A program made the position numbers and the translations under genes. This document shows positions 26,098 to 38,130 of a stretch of 64,000 bases of DNA, in pieces (positions within the stretch are counted from its first letter, which is position 1; the number at the start of each line of letters is the position of its first letter). The DNA lies in contig MU006089.1 of NCBI GenBank assembly GCA_010093705.1, positions 1,242,455 through 1,306,454 on the forward strand. The letters run 5' to 3'. Source of the stretch: Patellaria atrata CBS 101060. Its lineage: Eukaryota. The notes under the pieces are model-generated. The model was not told where the DNA came from and searched no databases. It was given only the letters and a program-made list of their open reading frames with translations.

Positions 26098-27084
26098 CTC
26101 GAGCAGCAATTAAAAAACTACAGAAGAACTGCCTTGAAGGAGGACAAGAATTGGTCACACTGATAGACAATCAGTATAATATCCTGACAGCAGAATGGGG
26201 CATGAATGTCAATTTCAGCTGGGTCCCAAGCCACAAAGGCATCTAGGGCAATGAGCTGGCAGATAAACCGGCCGAACTCGGACTAGAAAGGAAATCTGTA
26301 CAAGCATCATCCACCTCACTTAGCCACCTGAAACGTATGAGTAGAGAAAAGATAATAATAGATTGGAAAAAACAATGGGAAACAAACCCTAGAAGACAGG
26401 GAAGCATTACACCCAAGTGTGTAGAGCAGCAATCTCATTTTCAACCAAATCATCAATCCCAAAATATCCAAAGAGGACTTAAGCAGCATTCTTTCAGCTG
26501 AAGAGTGGAGCAGGCTTCTCCAAGTCATACTCCAAGAGAATTGGAAAGGATACTGAAGGGAAATGTTTTGGAGACTGTAGGTTTATCCAAAGCCCAAGAC
26601 ACCTGATTGTTTACTGCAAACATTACTCTAAGGAACGTAAAATCATGGAGAAGCAGCTAAAGTCAAGAATGACATTAACAAGACTCTTTTGTACAAAGAA
26701 GGGGAAAGAAATACTCTTCCAATACTTACACAATACACAAATATCAACAGCTAAATGGCTGCTACATAAAAGAGAAATCAATGAAGAAGAACAAGAAACA
26801 TAAAAATGATAGCATACAGGGGAAAAACTAGTTCGATATATAATGCAGGGAATTGAAGAGCAAAGGATACAGTGGAGTTAGTTCAGTTTTCTAATGCTTG
26901 GATTAGACTGCAAAGTTTGGACAACTGGGGAGATTCACTCCTCGGACACTCTCACTAGACATATTATTGCCCTAGGATAGGGATTTATGTAGATAGAAGA
27001 GTAGCACCATAGCCTAAGAGCTGCATGCGCAGTATTGTAGATAATGCAATACAATGGATTAAAAAAAACCAAAAAAAAAAAAAA
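26098..27084 (+). mobile_element. Degenerate 3' part of a non-LTR retrotransposon (Tad/I-type LINE): RNase H C-half, CCHC knuckle, 3' UTR, poly(A)
   Basis: Translates as VNFSWVPSHKGI*GNELAD (RNase H), AAFFQLKSG, CFGDCRFIQSPRHLIVYC (CCHC) and LHNTQISTAKWLLH, with stops and a frameshift. A-tail at 27061-27084. The 5' boundary is uncertain and may extend to ~25480. Confidence 0.88.
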
Positions 27085-29499
27085 GAAAGGAGTGACTTGG
27101 GAAGGCCGTCACTGACATCTGCACTAGGTCAAATCTCAAGGGTTCCTAAATTCATAGCTTCTTCATCCGGAACATGGGACGTACCTGAATATAGCATAGA
27201 CAGGAGCCGAAACCGTGGACGAGGGAAGTAGGACGGACCTCTGCCTTCTGAGAAGAGACAACACACCAGTGTGACCCATACCGCTCCCAACGTTGAGGGA
27301 TAAACGGAATAAAGACAACTTGCGAGATGCGCTATGGGAGAGAGGCGTAGGAGTCCAGAATAGCAAGATGAAGGGTGAAGGAGAGACAATCTAAAGTCTC
27401 AAGAGAGGAGTGCAGGCAGGAACTACTTGAACTATTACCTCCGGACTTACATTGAGTCAGACGACAAACCAATACTCCTCCGATTTACGGATCGTATCAT
27501 GCGGAGATATGGTAGGCAATTTTGGGAACAGGATGAAGGGTATTTAGACCAATGAGGATATAGTCAACTGCAAAAAGGTCGGGACGCTTGATCAGACGAC
27601 ATAGGTCAGGTTTGTTGCCAAACACCCGTGATGTGTATTGAGTCATCCAAAGTCGTTCGCAGCCCATTTCCTACTCTTATTCCATTTCCATATATCTATG
27701 CTCTTATTACACTTCCGTGATACCAAACACACATTTCCCCTAGAGAATGAGAATTATGGTGAAACAGCCTAGGAGTCCACATCATCGCCCATGCCAACGA
27801 CCAGGACCGTTGAACTAGCGAGGGCTATGGAAAGAACTGGTAAAGTAATTCCGTGGTTTGAACTTCAAGTCTCAGCACTTACAGTGCGCGTTACTGGAAA
27901 CTATGCTGTTATGTTATCGCGGAATATCCTCCTGACAGTTCTACATCGACGGTTACTGAAAGAATGGGACTCCAAATAAGTTTGCTCCCAGATGGCAAAC
28001 TAAGTGAGATGTTCCAAAGTTCGGGACCCTTTCACCAGAAAAGGCACACACGTTCGATTTGTATTTTGGATATTCCTTCAAACCTCACGTGACTCTCCAC
28101 ACCTTGACACAACACTTCGACATCTCCAGTCTGAGTTAGAGATTGAGCAGTGATCACCGGCTTTACGGTACGATATAGTTCTTAAAGCGTTTTTATCTCA
28201 AATATTGTAGGTCCTGACAAGAAGATAGGTTATTAACCAAACTTTGATACGTCCCGCACAAATATTCACGTCGATAAACATGTTTTCGACATACCCAGCT
28301 GAAGGTCGTAAGCGGAGAATCCGTCAAGTAACAACAGAACCAGTCCACGTCGGAGAGATCATCGAGCAGTTCTTCCAAAGTCTCAGGAACTTGAGGAGAA
28401 TGAGGCCGAATAGGAGACATTCTTCTCTACTAAAGCTAGTAGTCACAAATCCTACTCCAGAACGTACGCCTATCACGAAGATCTTCAAGTGTACAAAATT
28501 TACGACTACGACGGAAATCAGCCATATAATGGTTGAATCCATCGCAACAAGCAAAGACCTAGAGGGGATTGGTCACCCCACAATGTTGGTAAGTGTTATG
28601 TGTGAGCAAGAAAGGTACGCTTCCCTAATATGTTTCCTCTGTTTTGGTTATGATTTTGATGACCGGGTCTAACTATACGCTATGCTAGATACTCTGAACC
28701 ACGAGCTACTATGACGAAGACACAGGCCCAGAAGAGTCTGCGAAAGATACTAGAGGCTGATAAGGTTCGTCGTGGAAGCTGTATCTCAAAGCTTCGAATC
28801 TGCTTTGGAAGGGATGGTAGATCGGGAGCGTAGAGTTGGAGCATATAGTATAGAATGCCCTCTATTTTGGGTATAATAAGAACATTTTGGCTCGAAGTCC
28901 TCCCAGTATAATAGCTCAGCCTGCGTATTGACCTGTAAGACCAACAAAAATAATTTCTATGGTTTGGCCCATTGAGGACGGCTACATGCTCTGATGCTGT
29001 AATAGTTTATAGCTCATCTAGTAATTGCGCCATAGGGTCAAAAACATACGACAGTACTCGATCAAATGATGAAAAGCGGTAAGGGAGACCTGAGACATTT
29101 CTGACTGAGGGTTATTTTGACTTTCGACGACAATCCGAAGTCAAACAACGAGATTATGAAATGATGAAACGGAAAGGAATCCATAAGAGATGTTATGAAC
29201 CTGGATAGGGTTGTTACTTGACTATCGAAGTTTGTTCTCCAGGTCACGGAGTAAAGGTTTCTGACTGGAGATGAAACCGCCGACTCTTAGACCGACCAAA
29301 AAAGCAAACCAAAGATTGGAACCTTAGTGACTCTATGGTGAGATAGGATCAATATAAGAAGATAGGAAAAGGATCACAGAGAGTCCAGGAAATCGACTAA
29401 ATGAAATAAATTGGTTGACTTGGGGAGCGAGACTATGGACGATTGCTTCAATTTCAAGCAACTAGAATAAAAAGAGAAAAGAGAAGATAAAGAAGCAGA

Positions 29500-29880
29500 G
29501 TTTGAGAGACGCTGGACGACCAATTAAAGATATGTAGAATAAGAAGGCGAGGCGCTACAAGAGATGACAAATGGATTGGAATAAATGGAAAGCCGGGTGC
29601 GTATCTCGAAAAGGGACAAGGACTGAAGCAGGACATCAACGCTGTACCACGAACTCGAAATTCTTTCCTGATATATTGTGATGACGAATCAATCGTTATT
29701 CGAAGAGTTCCCTGCCCAGCAATTGAATGGAAGACATACAGCGCAAGGATAAGTGAGCAGGGTGAGTCGTACGGAAAGCCTTTTGGTGGGAATTGGAGCA
29801 AGAATCTATCGGTACCTGATTATTAGCTGTCAGGGTCTCCTAAAGATCGGAAGAAAACAAGACTATTACTCACTTGGTAA
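29500..29880 (+). pseudogene. Possible decayed HMG-box gene
   Basis: VPRTRNSFLIYCDDESIVIRRVPCPAIEWKTYSARISEQ resembles HMG helices 1-2. An intron-like GTGAGT...CTGAT..TAG follows (29762-29826), then a frameshifted SEE-QDYYSL resembling helix 3. Stops upstream. Confidence 0.35.
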
Positions 29881-31591
29881 TTAACTCTCCCCCGTATAGC
29901 CATCGGCGTGGTGACATCTGTTCGCCCATACCAAGATGGTCGGGGTTGAGGTGGTCGGGCGGGAACTGAAGATCTGGAGATTCGGTGATTAGTCATCAAA
30001 ACACACCCTCACAACAAACGAAGCGACTGGAGCCGCTACCTGCTTCTCACTTTAGACGAAGCTGGTATAGAACACATTAGATGAAGTAGCAACCTGGGGA
30101 TGCCTGAGGTTAAGAAGCACATATTCATCAGGAGGAAGCACAGATTTGATCACTACCGTATCAAAAGCAATCATAAAATTCACTTGTCTCTCTCTCTGGA
30201 TCTAGTGGAGAACGGACACGTTAGAACTACCCGGAGGGACTAACCGTAAGACCTCTTCTGCACGTAACACTTGCGAATTATAGAAACAAGAAACCCTAGC
30301 AAGATAGTATCCAAGCAGTTATGGTTTCCAACTTATATACAGAAATGCCAAGTTATATGACTGATTGATAAGGATAAGATGGATGTCGCACTGACAAGCG
30401 CCCAGCCTCTCCCCGGTCCCCCTTGATCCACTTGATGCTCCGCTGTGTTGCATACCTTACCTTAGTTCTAGTTCGAAAATCCTTCATCTCCTAAGAGAAA
30501 ACTTAATCGCGACTTCATCTCTTCACCTTGATTGACCTTTGATCTCGACCATCCAATTCAACGCAGCCTCATTGTGCATTATCATCTGCTGGTCGCAAGC
30601 TTGGGAAGTTTGCTTGGAGCTCAGCTCGGCTCGAGCCACAAGCCAGAAAGAAAGTGGACCAGTCTAGTATGCTGTAGAAGTTTCACAGCATCAAAACATC
30701 CTTGAATCCCAATCCTGAGTCGTTTTCCGGCTGCATCCAAGATTTCATGAAAGAACTTTCTGTATTCATATGAATATCACAGGCCATTAGTGGGTCACGG
30801 CGGTGACTCTTGTGACGTGTAGCAAGCGTAGCTGAGACGAAGCGTGATAGAGCAAGGGAGCCTACCTCACTTTGGTTGGGTACGTTGCCAGATCGGACTA
30901 TTAGGGACAAAGAATAGAATACCTTCTAACTTACTTTATCTTGGTTCTACACAGCCCCCACTATCGCCAAGCGCTCGTCTTGAGCATTATGGAGGGGCAT
31001 ACCTGAATGCGAGAGAAGAGAGGCAGCATTACTAGACTTATCTATCTTCAAGAGCCGACCGGAGTGGCTCTGATTTCCCAAGCTGAACTGGATGTGCGAG
31101 GTAGAAAATGTATGAAACTGAAGACCATGGTAAGGTATGATTAGCAATGTTTACATTGCAACATCCTTCCAACGTTTCACTGAAGCACTCAAAAACGGAA
31201 GGAGAGATCTCTAGTAGATGACGAGAGCTCCTTCCACACGTATAACAACAAATAGTTATCTCTGCTTTTAGACCACATGGAAGTTCCACAAAAATGACTT
31301 TGGAATTCGGCCAAATGATGACCCGCCTTGGACAATAAAGAAAGCACGAATTTCTCATAACGCCAGATGGCTGGGGAGCTGATGATGCCTCTTTCCACAT
31401 CTTCTCGCAGTTCGCAGTTTCGGATACCTAGCTCATCCTCTCTCAGCCTACTGTAGGTACACTCACCTATCGGGACACTTGACCAGGGTCGTCTTTGTCG
31501 GGAGCTACATGCAGTATTAATGTGGCTTGTTTAGCTGATGTACTGTTTTTAGGCAGTCACAACCCAGTTGCTTTCCGAATCAACCTCTTGG

Positions 31592-31599
31592 TATATAAA
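31592..31599 (+). promoter_or_regulatory. Putative TATA box of the S8 protease gene
   Basis: TATATAAA about 120 bp upstream of ATG 31719. Confidence 0.45.
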
Positions 31600-31718
31600 T
31601 GTCACGATGCCCCCGATTTTATACCTGATATAATACATCCAACAGTTGCTTTCCATTTCTTCGAACCTAGTTAACTATCTCTGCACACTCCTAGTAACCT
31701 ACCACTCTTTACTTAATC

Positions 31719-33956
31719 ATGGCTTCTCCTATTACCATCAACGGAAATTCTCTTAATCCCAGTGCCCCCGGTATCCGTGCCTTTGGACTGGAGTCTGATG
31801 ATGCTGCTTCTTCCAACTATATTCTGATTCAAACCGATGGGCCCTTAAGGAAGGCTCAGAAAGAAGATCTCAAAGCTAAAGATGTGGCCATCCACGAGTA
31901 CGTTAGTGAGAATACGTATCTATGTGGCTACAAACCCGAAGACCTCGCTCCCATTCGCGAGCTACCTTTTGTCAAGTACGCAAACGTATACCAACAGACA
32001 TTTGTCGTACAACCAGATCTACGGACCCAACAACTAAGTCCAACTGAATCACTCCTCAATCAAGCTACTACACATTCACGTACTCTACAGACAGTCGATG
32101 TAATCTTTCACCATGACATTGATCCAGACTCGTGCGAAATCAGGAGCGAGCTTGCAACAGCTGCCCGTGCTGATCCAGATGATATCACTCTCACCTCGAA
32201 GAAAGCTCAGCTTTCTGTACAAGAACAGTATCTCGACGATATTGCTGCCATCGACGGTGTATGCTTTATCAAAGCGGTACATGCTAAAAAGCTTCGCAAT
32301 AACATCGCCCGTGGAATTCTCAACGCCGATGTTATCATCAATGACACTCCTTATAAGGGAGAGGGCCAGGTAGTATGTGTTGGCGACACTGGTTTCGATA
32401 CTGGAGACACCGAGAACCCACATCCTGCTTTCACCGGTAGAGTGAAGAAGCTCTATGCACTTGGCAGACCCAACAAGTCCGATGATCCGGATGGGCATGG
32501 AACTCATGTCTGCGGTTCTGTGCTTGGAGATGGAATTTCTAAAACCATGGGCGTGAGTCCCGAATTCAAGATCGAAGCTCCTGCCTCAAAGGCCACCCTT
32601 GTGGTGCAGAGTCTTTTGGACAGAAATAACGGATTGGGTGGTATTCCTAATGATCTTGAAGGTACGTATACCGAAACTTCTTCATCCTGATTGATATATT
32701 CTATGTAAATTTTATTTCTTTTTTTTTTGTTGGTATACTATGCATCGGTTACACTCCCTTTATTGCACAACTTACTGTGTGATTCAAAGGTTCGTACACT
32801 TCAAGTATACTAAGTGTGAATAGATCTCTTCCGTACGCCCTATGAAAAAGATGGGGCTCGTATTCATACCAACTCTTGGGGATCTGGCGGTAACAGTCAA
32901 CTCCCATACGATGGCTCAAGCATTGACATCGATAAATTTGTCTACGAACACCCAGATATGGTCATTCTCTTCGCGGCTGGCAACGATGGCAAAGATGCTG
33001 ACAACAACGGGATTATCGACCGCGCCCAAATTGGCTCAGAAGCAGCATCCAAGAATTGCATCACTGTTGGTGCTACTGAGAATGACCGCCCTGACATCGC
33101 TACGACATATGGCCAATTTGGCTATTCAGCACAGCCACTTTTCTCTGACAAGATCAGCACATCATCTGAAGGTATGGCTGCTTTCAGTTCTCGTGGTCCA
33201 ACCAAAGAGAAACGCATCAAACCAGACGTTGTTGCTCCTGGCACTGGTATCTTAAGCACCCGTTCCCGCCGGACGGGCGAAGCATCTCCTATATATGGCG
33301 TTAGCAAAGACAAAGAGTGGATGTTTCTTGCCGGGACCAGCATGGCCACACCGCTCGTCGCAGGATGTTGTGCCGTAATCCGTGAGACCCTCGTAAAGAA
33401 TGGAACAGAGAAACCTTCTGCTGCTCTGATCAAAGCACTCTTGATCAACGGTGCTGATGATGTTGAGGGCCAATATGTCCCTTCAGAAGCAGGTCCATCC
33501 CCAAACATCAACTCTGGCTTCGGCCTCGTCAACGTCGCTGGTAGCGTCATTCTCCCCGGTGACGCCAACGGTGGCTTTGGTGACTCTGAAAAGCCACTCG
33601 ACGACGAAGAGGAGTTCGAATTCACCATCGACGTCCCCAGTTCAGACTCTACCACGCAAATCAACGGCACCAGCACCTCGCCAAAAGCTACACCTACCAA
33701 CAAGACTCTTAAAGTCACGTTGGTCTGGTCAGATCCTCCAGCTGCGGCTCTCCAAAGCGATCTTGATCTCACTGTTATTGCAGGTGGTAAAGAGAGGCAT
33801 GGGAATATGGGCACAAAGAAGACCTTTGATCGTATCAACAATGTTGAGAGGGTCTTTTGGGTTAATGTACCAGCTGGTGAGGTTAAGGTAAAGGTGAGCG
33901 CGTATCGTATCACTACCACACCTCAGCACTTTGCTTGGGCTTGGAAACTTTATTAG
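31719..33956 (+). CDS. Subtilisin-like S8 serine protease (KP-43-like), no obvious signal peptide
   Basis: Exons 31719-32661 and 32824-33956. Catalytic Asp VCVGDTGFD, His DGHGTHVCGSVLG, oxyanion FAAGNDG and Ser AGTSMATP. Also ARIHTNSWG and a C-terminal beta-barrel (LKVTLVWSDPP...NNVERV). Confidence 0.95.
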
Positions 33957-34252
33957 GGTGGGATACACTAGGGACTATGTGAAATTGTCTGCCCTGGGCT
34001 GTAGGGTAGGAATTCATGTCATAATGTTGGAGTTCCAACGGACGGTCTTTTGCCTCTAGGTACTGTTGTGTGGTTAATTTCCTATAGTCAGAATATAATC
34101 AAACCTCAATTCCTTATCCTACTCCGCACATATACGGTGAATGCTTCGATCTTGCCATTCCTCACCTTAACGAACTAATGTCTGTACTATGAACCTATTA
34201 TAAGGCTTGTCTAAACCATCCATCTTCGTAAAAAAAAAAAGACGCACAACCC

Positions 34253-34631
34253 TCAACTTATCATTCCTCCCACTCTCTCATGTCCTAATCCGTACAGAAC
34301 TCCCAAATTCCCACACTCCACGAACACGAACTCAAAACCCCACCCACTCCACCACAACATGCCACCCCTCCCTCCTCGCCCGTCGAACCCAACCCGCGAG
34401 AAACAGAAGGATCAAGATCTCCAAAGTCCAGATCACGGCGATCATGACCCCGGCGATCATGCAGGCGGCCAAAACGACCACCATTTGGACTTGGGGGTCC
34501 TCCTCTGCTGGTTCTGTGTTGGGTTAGCGGGATTTTGATTTGGGGACTGGGGGTGGGATTGGAATTTTGGGGGGGCAGAGGGAGGGGAAAGACTTACGGG
34601 GGTATCGGGGCAAGCGGAGTATGAATACCAT
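34253..34631 (-). CDS. Small (~98 aa) hydrophobic membrane protein, two exons, absent from the ORF track
   Basis: AAAAATG at 34631. Intron GTAAGT 34597 to GCTAAC..CAG 34514. Product MVFILRLPRYPQPAEEDPQVQMVVVLAACMIAGVMIAVIWTLEILILLFLAGWVRRARRE... Confidence 0.45.
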
Positions 34632-36288
34632 TTTTTTTTTTGATTCGTTGTTATGATGTTATTGTGGCTGGTAGTGTTATGTTGTATTGTTGCTGGTAGA
34701 GAGATGTGTGATGTGTGATGTGTGGTGTCGTATGTTGATGGAATGTGCGTTGTGGGCGAATATTTAGGTTGTGAGACTTGGCGGTGAGAGCGTTGGACAG
34801 TATTGATGTTTCGGTATGGCTTTTAGATGAAGGATGTGGGAGGGGCGATGAGGTGAAGTTCAGTTAATGTGAAGGTAGGGGTATGGGTGCTTGGTAAGCG
34901 TGTTTAGACATTTTCTGCTGGTTACGAAAGGGGGTTTTGGTATTATTAGTTCCTTCAAAATCTCGATTAGCAGATTAGCTATTTTCTCGATGAACCCAAA
35001 TTGAGATTTGAGTAACTAAGGTATTCTGCTTCATGACGTTGCTGTGGCAACTGACCCAACATCAAAATTCCGCAATGTCGAAAAGCATACCATCGCTTAA
35101 GCGAATATGGGGTTATATGGTGTATATCAAATGCATTCTTTGGAGTTCAAATTGCTATTATTCAGATACTAATAAAATACCCCTTGCCCCTGAATCCCTG
35201 AACCCATGGAGGAGGAGGTCAATCATGTTACTTAGAAGAGAATTTCTTCCTTTCACTTTCGTATAGGAAGCGGAAAAGCTTGACGGATTATGAAGTTGAT
35301 GGTATTTTTAATCATATCCGTGTTTATCAGTTCCGTCTGAAGTCTATGCAGTACAAATGCACTCCTAAAACCCCACCCAGATTCCCAAAATCCCAGTGGG
35401 TACGCCCAAAACACATCCCCGAAGTCAACATGAAGATAAAGCACGGTACCATGGTACGACCCTTCAATATCCATATAAGTCCCGCAATTCCTGCTGTCGT
35501 CCCCTGGTGCAGCAGTGGCTTATAATCACCACAATTACCGCCAGCAGCAAGACCAGCGTCCTCTCCTCCATCCTGTCTCCCCGCTGTCTGAAAAAAAGAA
35601 TAATTATGTGGGCTACCAATCAGTTATTAGCGAGATGTATCTTGGTATCAGTGTATTGTACGGATTACCCTATTCGCTAACAGATCACACAAGCATTTTC
35701 AGCTGTGCCCAAATTCCATAAGCAGCTGGCATGGAGGCCAGCCACAGAACGAAGATACACAGGGTGAGTAGACCCACCACCCTCTCTATGCTAACATCGT
35801 TTGGAAGCGCGAGGTAAGAAGGGATTTGTACGGATGGTTGTGGTATTGGTATGTTTGATTTGATTGATTTGTGAGGTCTGGATTTGATTGTGGGTGATAT
35901 GGAGAATGCACTGGTAGAGTTGCCGGTGGTTTGGAAAAAAAGGGCTTATAAGGGGAAAAGGTGTTAACTGAAGGTGACGGGCTTGGTATATAAGGTGTTT
36001 GTTCGCAAGGTGGGAGGACTGGGATTGGCTTTGGCATCAGAATACCGTTGTGAATTAGTGTGGGGTAAAGAATGAAACCTATTGTTGCTTTACAGGTTGG
36101 AACCATACGCACAAGTCAAACGCTCAAGAGAATTAGAAGCTTAGGAGATGTGGACAATTCAGAAGAGAAGTTGATTTCACAGGTATAGACTTGAATGTGA
36201 TTGTTTATGCTGCTATTGAATTCAATTACTCCTCCAGTTTGGTGTGATATGGTACAATGCAATATTCAAAGGTGAATTCCACTAGTTC

Positions 36289-37081
36289 TCAATGAAGCTC
36301 ATTCAGAGCATTCTTCCGGATCCTGCTCCCCTTAATGTTTCCCTCCACCCATTTTTCCACTCTGGCCATAGTATCTTGATCCTTAGGCTCTCCGCCAGCA
36401 TTCTTAATAGTAGCAAAACCAGGAGGGGGTCTATATAGCTCTCTTCCCGACTGCACAATGATATTGGAGCCTGTCATGAGGCTACAATGTTCTTCTTCTT
36501 CTTCTTCTTCCTCAACAATTTCCCTTAGTGGATCTCCAACCTTGCCTCCGTAATCCTTAGGCTCACGCCCCATAAGACGCTCGAATGTGCTTATACGGTA
36601 TCTGGCTTGCTCCCGATAATGTGCCATGCGGCTGGGATGTATGTTCGTTACTGCTGCTTTTGTTCCGCGCTTCCAAATTCTCATCTGTTCTAACTTAGCA
36701 TATACAATGAGAGAAGAACGGTTTATGATCATATTGCTCACCTCAGTACACATTTTACGGCAGTTGGCACAGTTGACGTCAGGCCTTTCGAACTGATCTG
36801 CAGACGGTATAGGCATATCGGGGTTCTTTCGAAAGGTAGTCACTTCGCCCTCGACTGACACGCCTGGTGGTTCAGGCTTGTCGTCAATGTTATTGAGCTC
36901 GACAAACCATCTGCTGAACTTAGAGAGACGTTCGGCCTTTTCACACTGCAAAACTTTGTCAGTGTATCCACATTTGGAAACGAAACGGGAGCAATATCAT
37001 GATTAGTACCTCCCACGCAGTTTCCTCACACTTTTCGCATTTGGACTTTAGGTTTGACTGGGTAAATTCTGAATGAGACAT
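36289..37081 (-). CDS. Hypothetical protein with CxxC motifs
   Basis: ATG 37081 (MSHSEFTQSNLKSKCEKCEETAWE) splices via GTACTA...CTGAC..CAG into the 220-aa ORF (CEKAERL...CANCRKMC...). A second in-frame intron is possible at ~36743-36687. Confidence 0.6.
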
Positions 37082-37382
37082 TGTGTTGACGATTACTTGA
37101 AGAGAATTGATGTGATGATTTGCAAGGGGAGACTTGTTCGGTGAAAGAAAGGCGATGCGAAGAGGACTGTGGTTTGGAAAAGAAGGAATTCGAGCAAAAT
37201 TTTAAAAATAAGTGGGAGTCCAAGCTCTATGCAAAATCTGTTTGTGGCCAAAAGACGTTTGACAGCCTTTCACATTCAGGGGTTACCGCAGCAACATGTG
37301 ACCGCGTGGAAGTTTTCAATTAATCCATTCCCTCACTCATCCACACACTTCACCACATGATCCAAAATCCTCTAGATCCAAA

Positions 37383-38130
37383 ATGGCTACTCAAATCAAA
37401 ACCTTTCAGGATCTCCCTCAAGAGAGCTTGTTCTAATGATCGCTCAATACTCTCATCTCACGAATCTCGTCGAAGATGTGATTCTGAACAACAAAAATGA
37501 TCTGACTGCTCGAGAAGACAGGGTCATGACCTTGGTAAAAGGAGCTAAGAGGTATCTCCCAAAAGGATGTGGGCTTGCCTTCGTCAACACAACCAAATTG
37601 GACGCTGTTCTCAGGGCTACGGTATGTAACAAATCGTTTCATCTGAAGGTTGCCCGCAACCGCCCTTATCAAGGTTTCTAGCCTTATTTGAGCATGAACC
37701 CATCGATGTTCGAAAAGATCACACATCTGGTCCTTGGTTTAAATGACAACCTGATCTACTGGGATCGAGAACGAGATCAGCCGGAGGAAGAGAACATGTT
37801 CTGCTGATTGAAAGAAATGATACTTGGAATAAATCAGCTCACAAATTCTGTATATCTCTTCAGTGGGCGTGCACCCACGACTTATTTTTTTGAAAGCAGA
37901 CATCCCCTGGACATGCTACGAAAACACCCAAAACTCAATCTCTTCGTCTATTGCCATCCTCTTTTGTCATCGTACCCTACTGTAGAGCGATATAGTAGGA
38001 GAAATAACGCTTGGATGCCATTAATGAATGGCCCGCAGGGCTTCTTCTTTCCTAACTGGAACTTTGAGACTTGTAAGTCCACTAGCAGTGGTACAGGAAT
38101 ACATTTTACTCTAACAACCAGTTTAGACCC
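37383..38130 (+). pseudogene. F-box-like pseudogene truncated by a LINE insertion
   Basis: MATQIKTFQDLPQE/LVLMIAQY (F-box-like LP-E-I pattern) with a frameshift at ~37425. In-frame stops TAG 37679 and TGA 37805. Intron 38073-38121, then LINE sequence. Confidence 0.55.

Noticed and set aside
25166..27084. tRNA-headed SINE joined to the LINE tail
   Set aside because: The tRNA is on the opposite strand, points away from the LINE and has its own T-run terminator.
33122..33919. 265-aa antisense ORF
   Set aside because: Shadow of the S8 protease coding strand. Similar shadows occur over the permease and the nucleotidase.
30000..35800. Gasdermin partner next to the S8 protease
   Set aside because: No ORF of suitable length or motif was seen on either side.
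37679..37681. In-frame TAG as an A-to-I editing-corrected stop
   Set aside because: The same gene also has a frameshift, a TGA stop and a LINE insertion, so simple decay explains it better.
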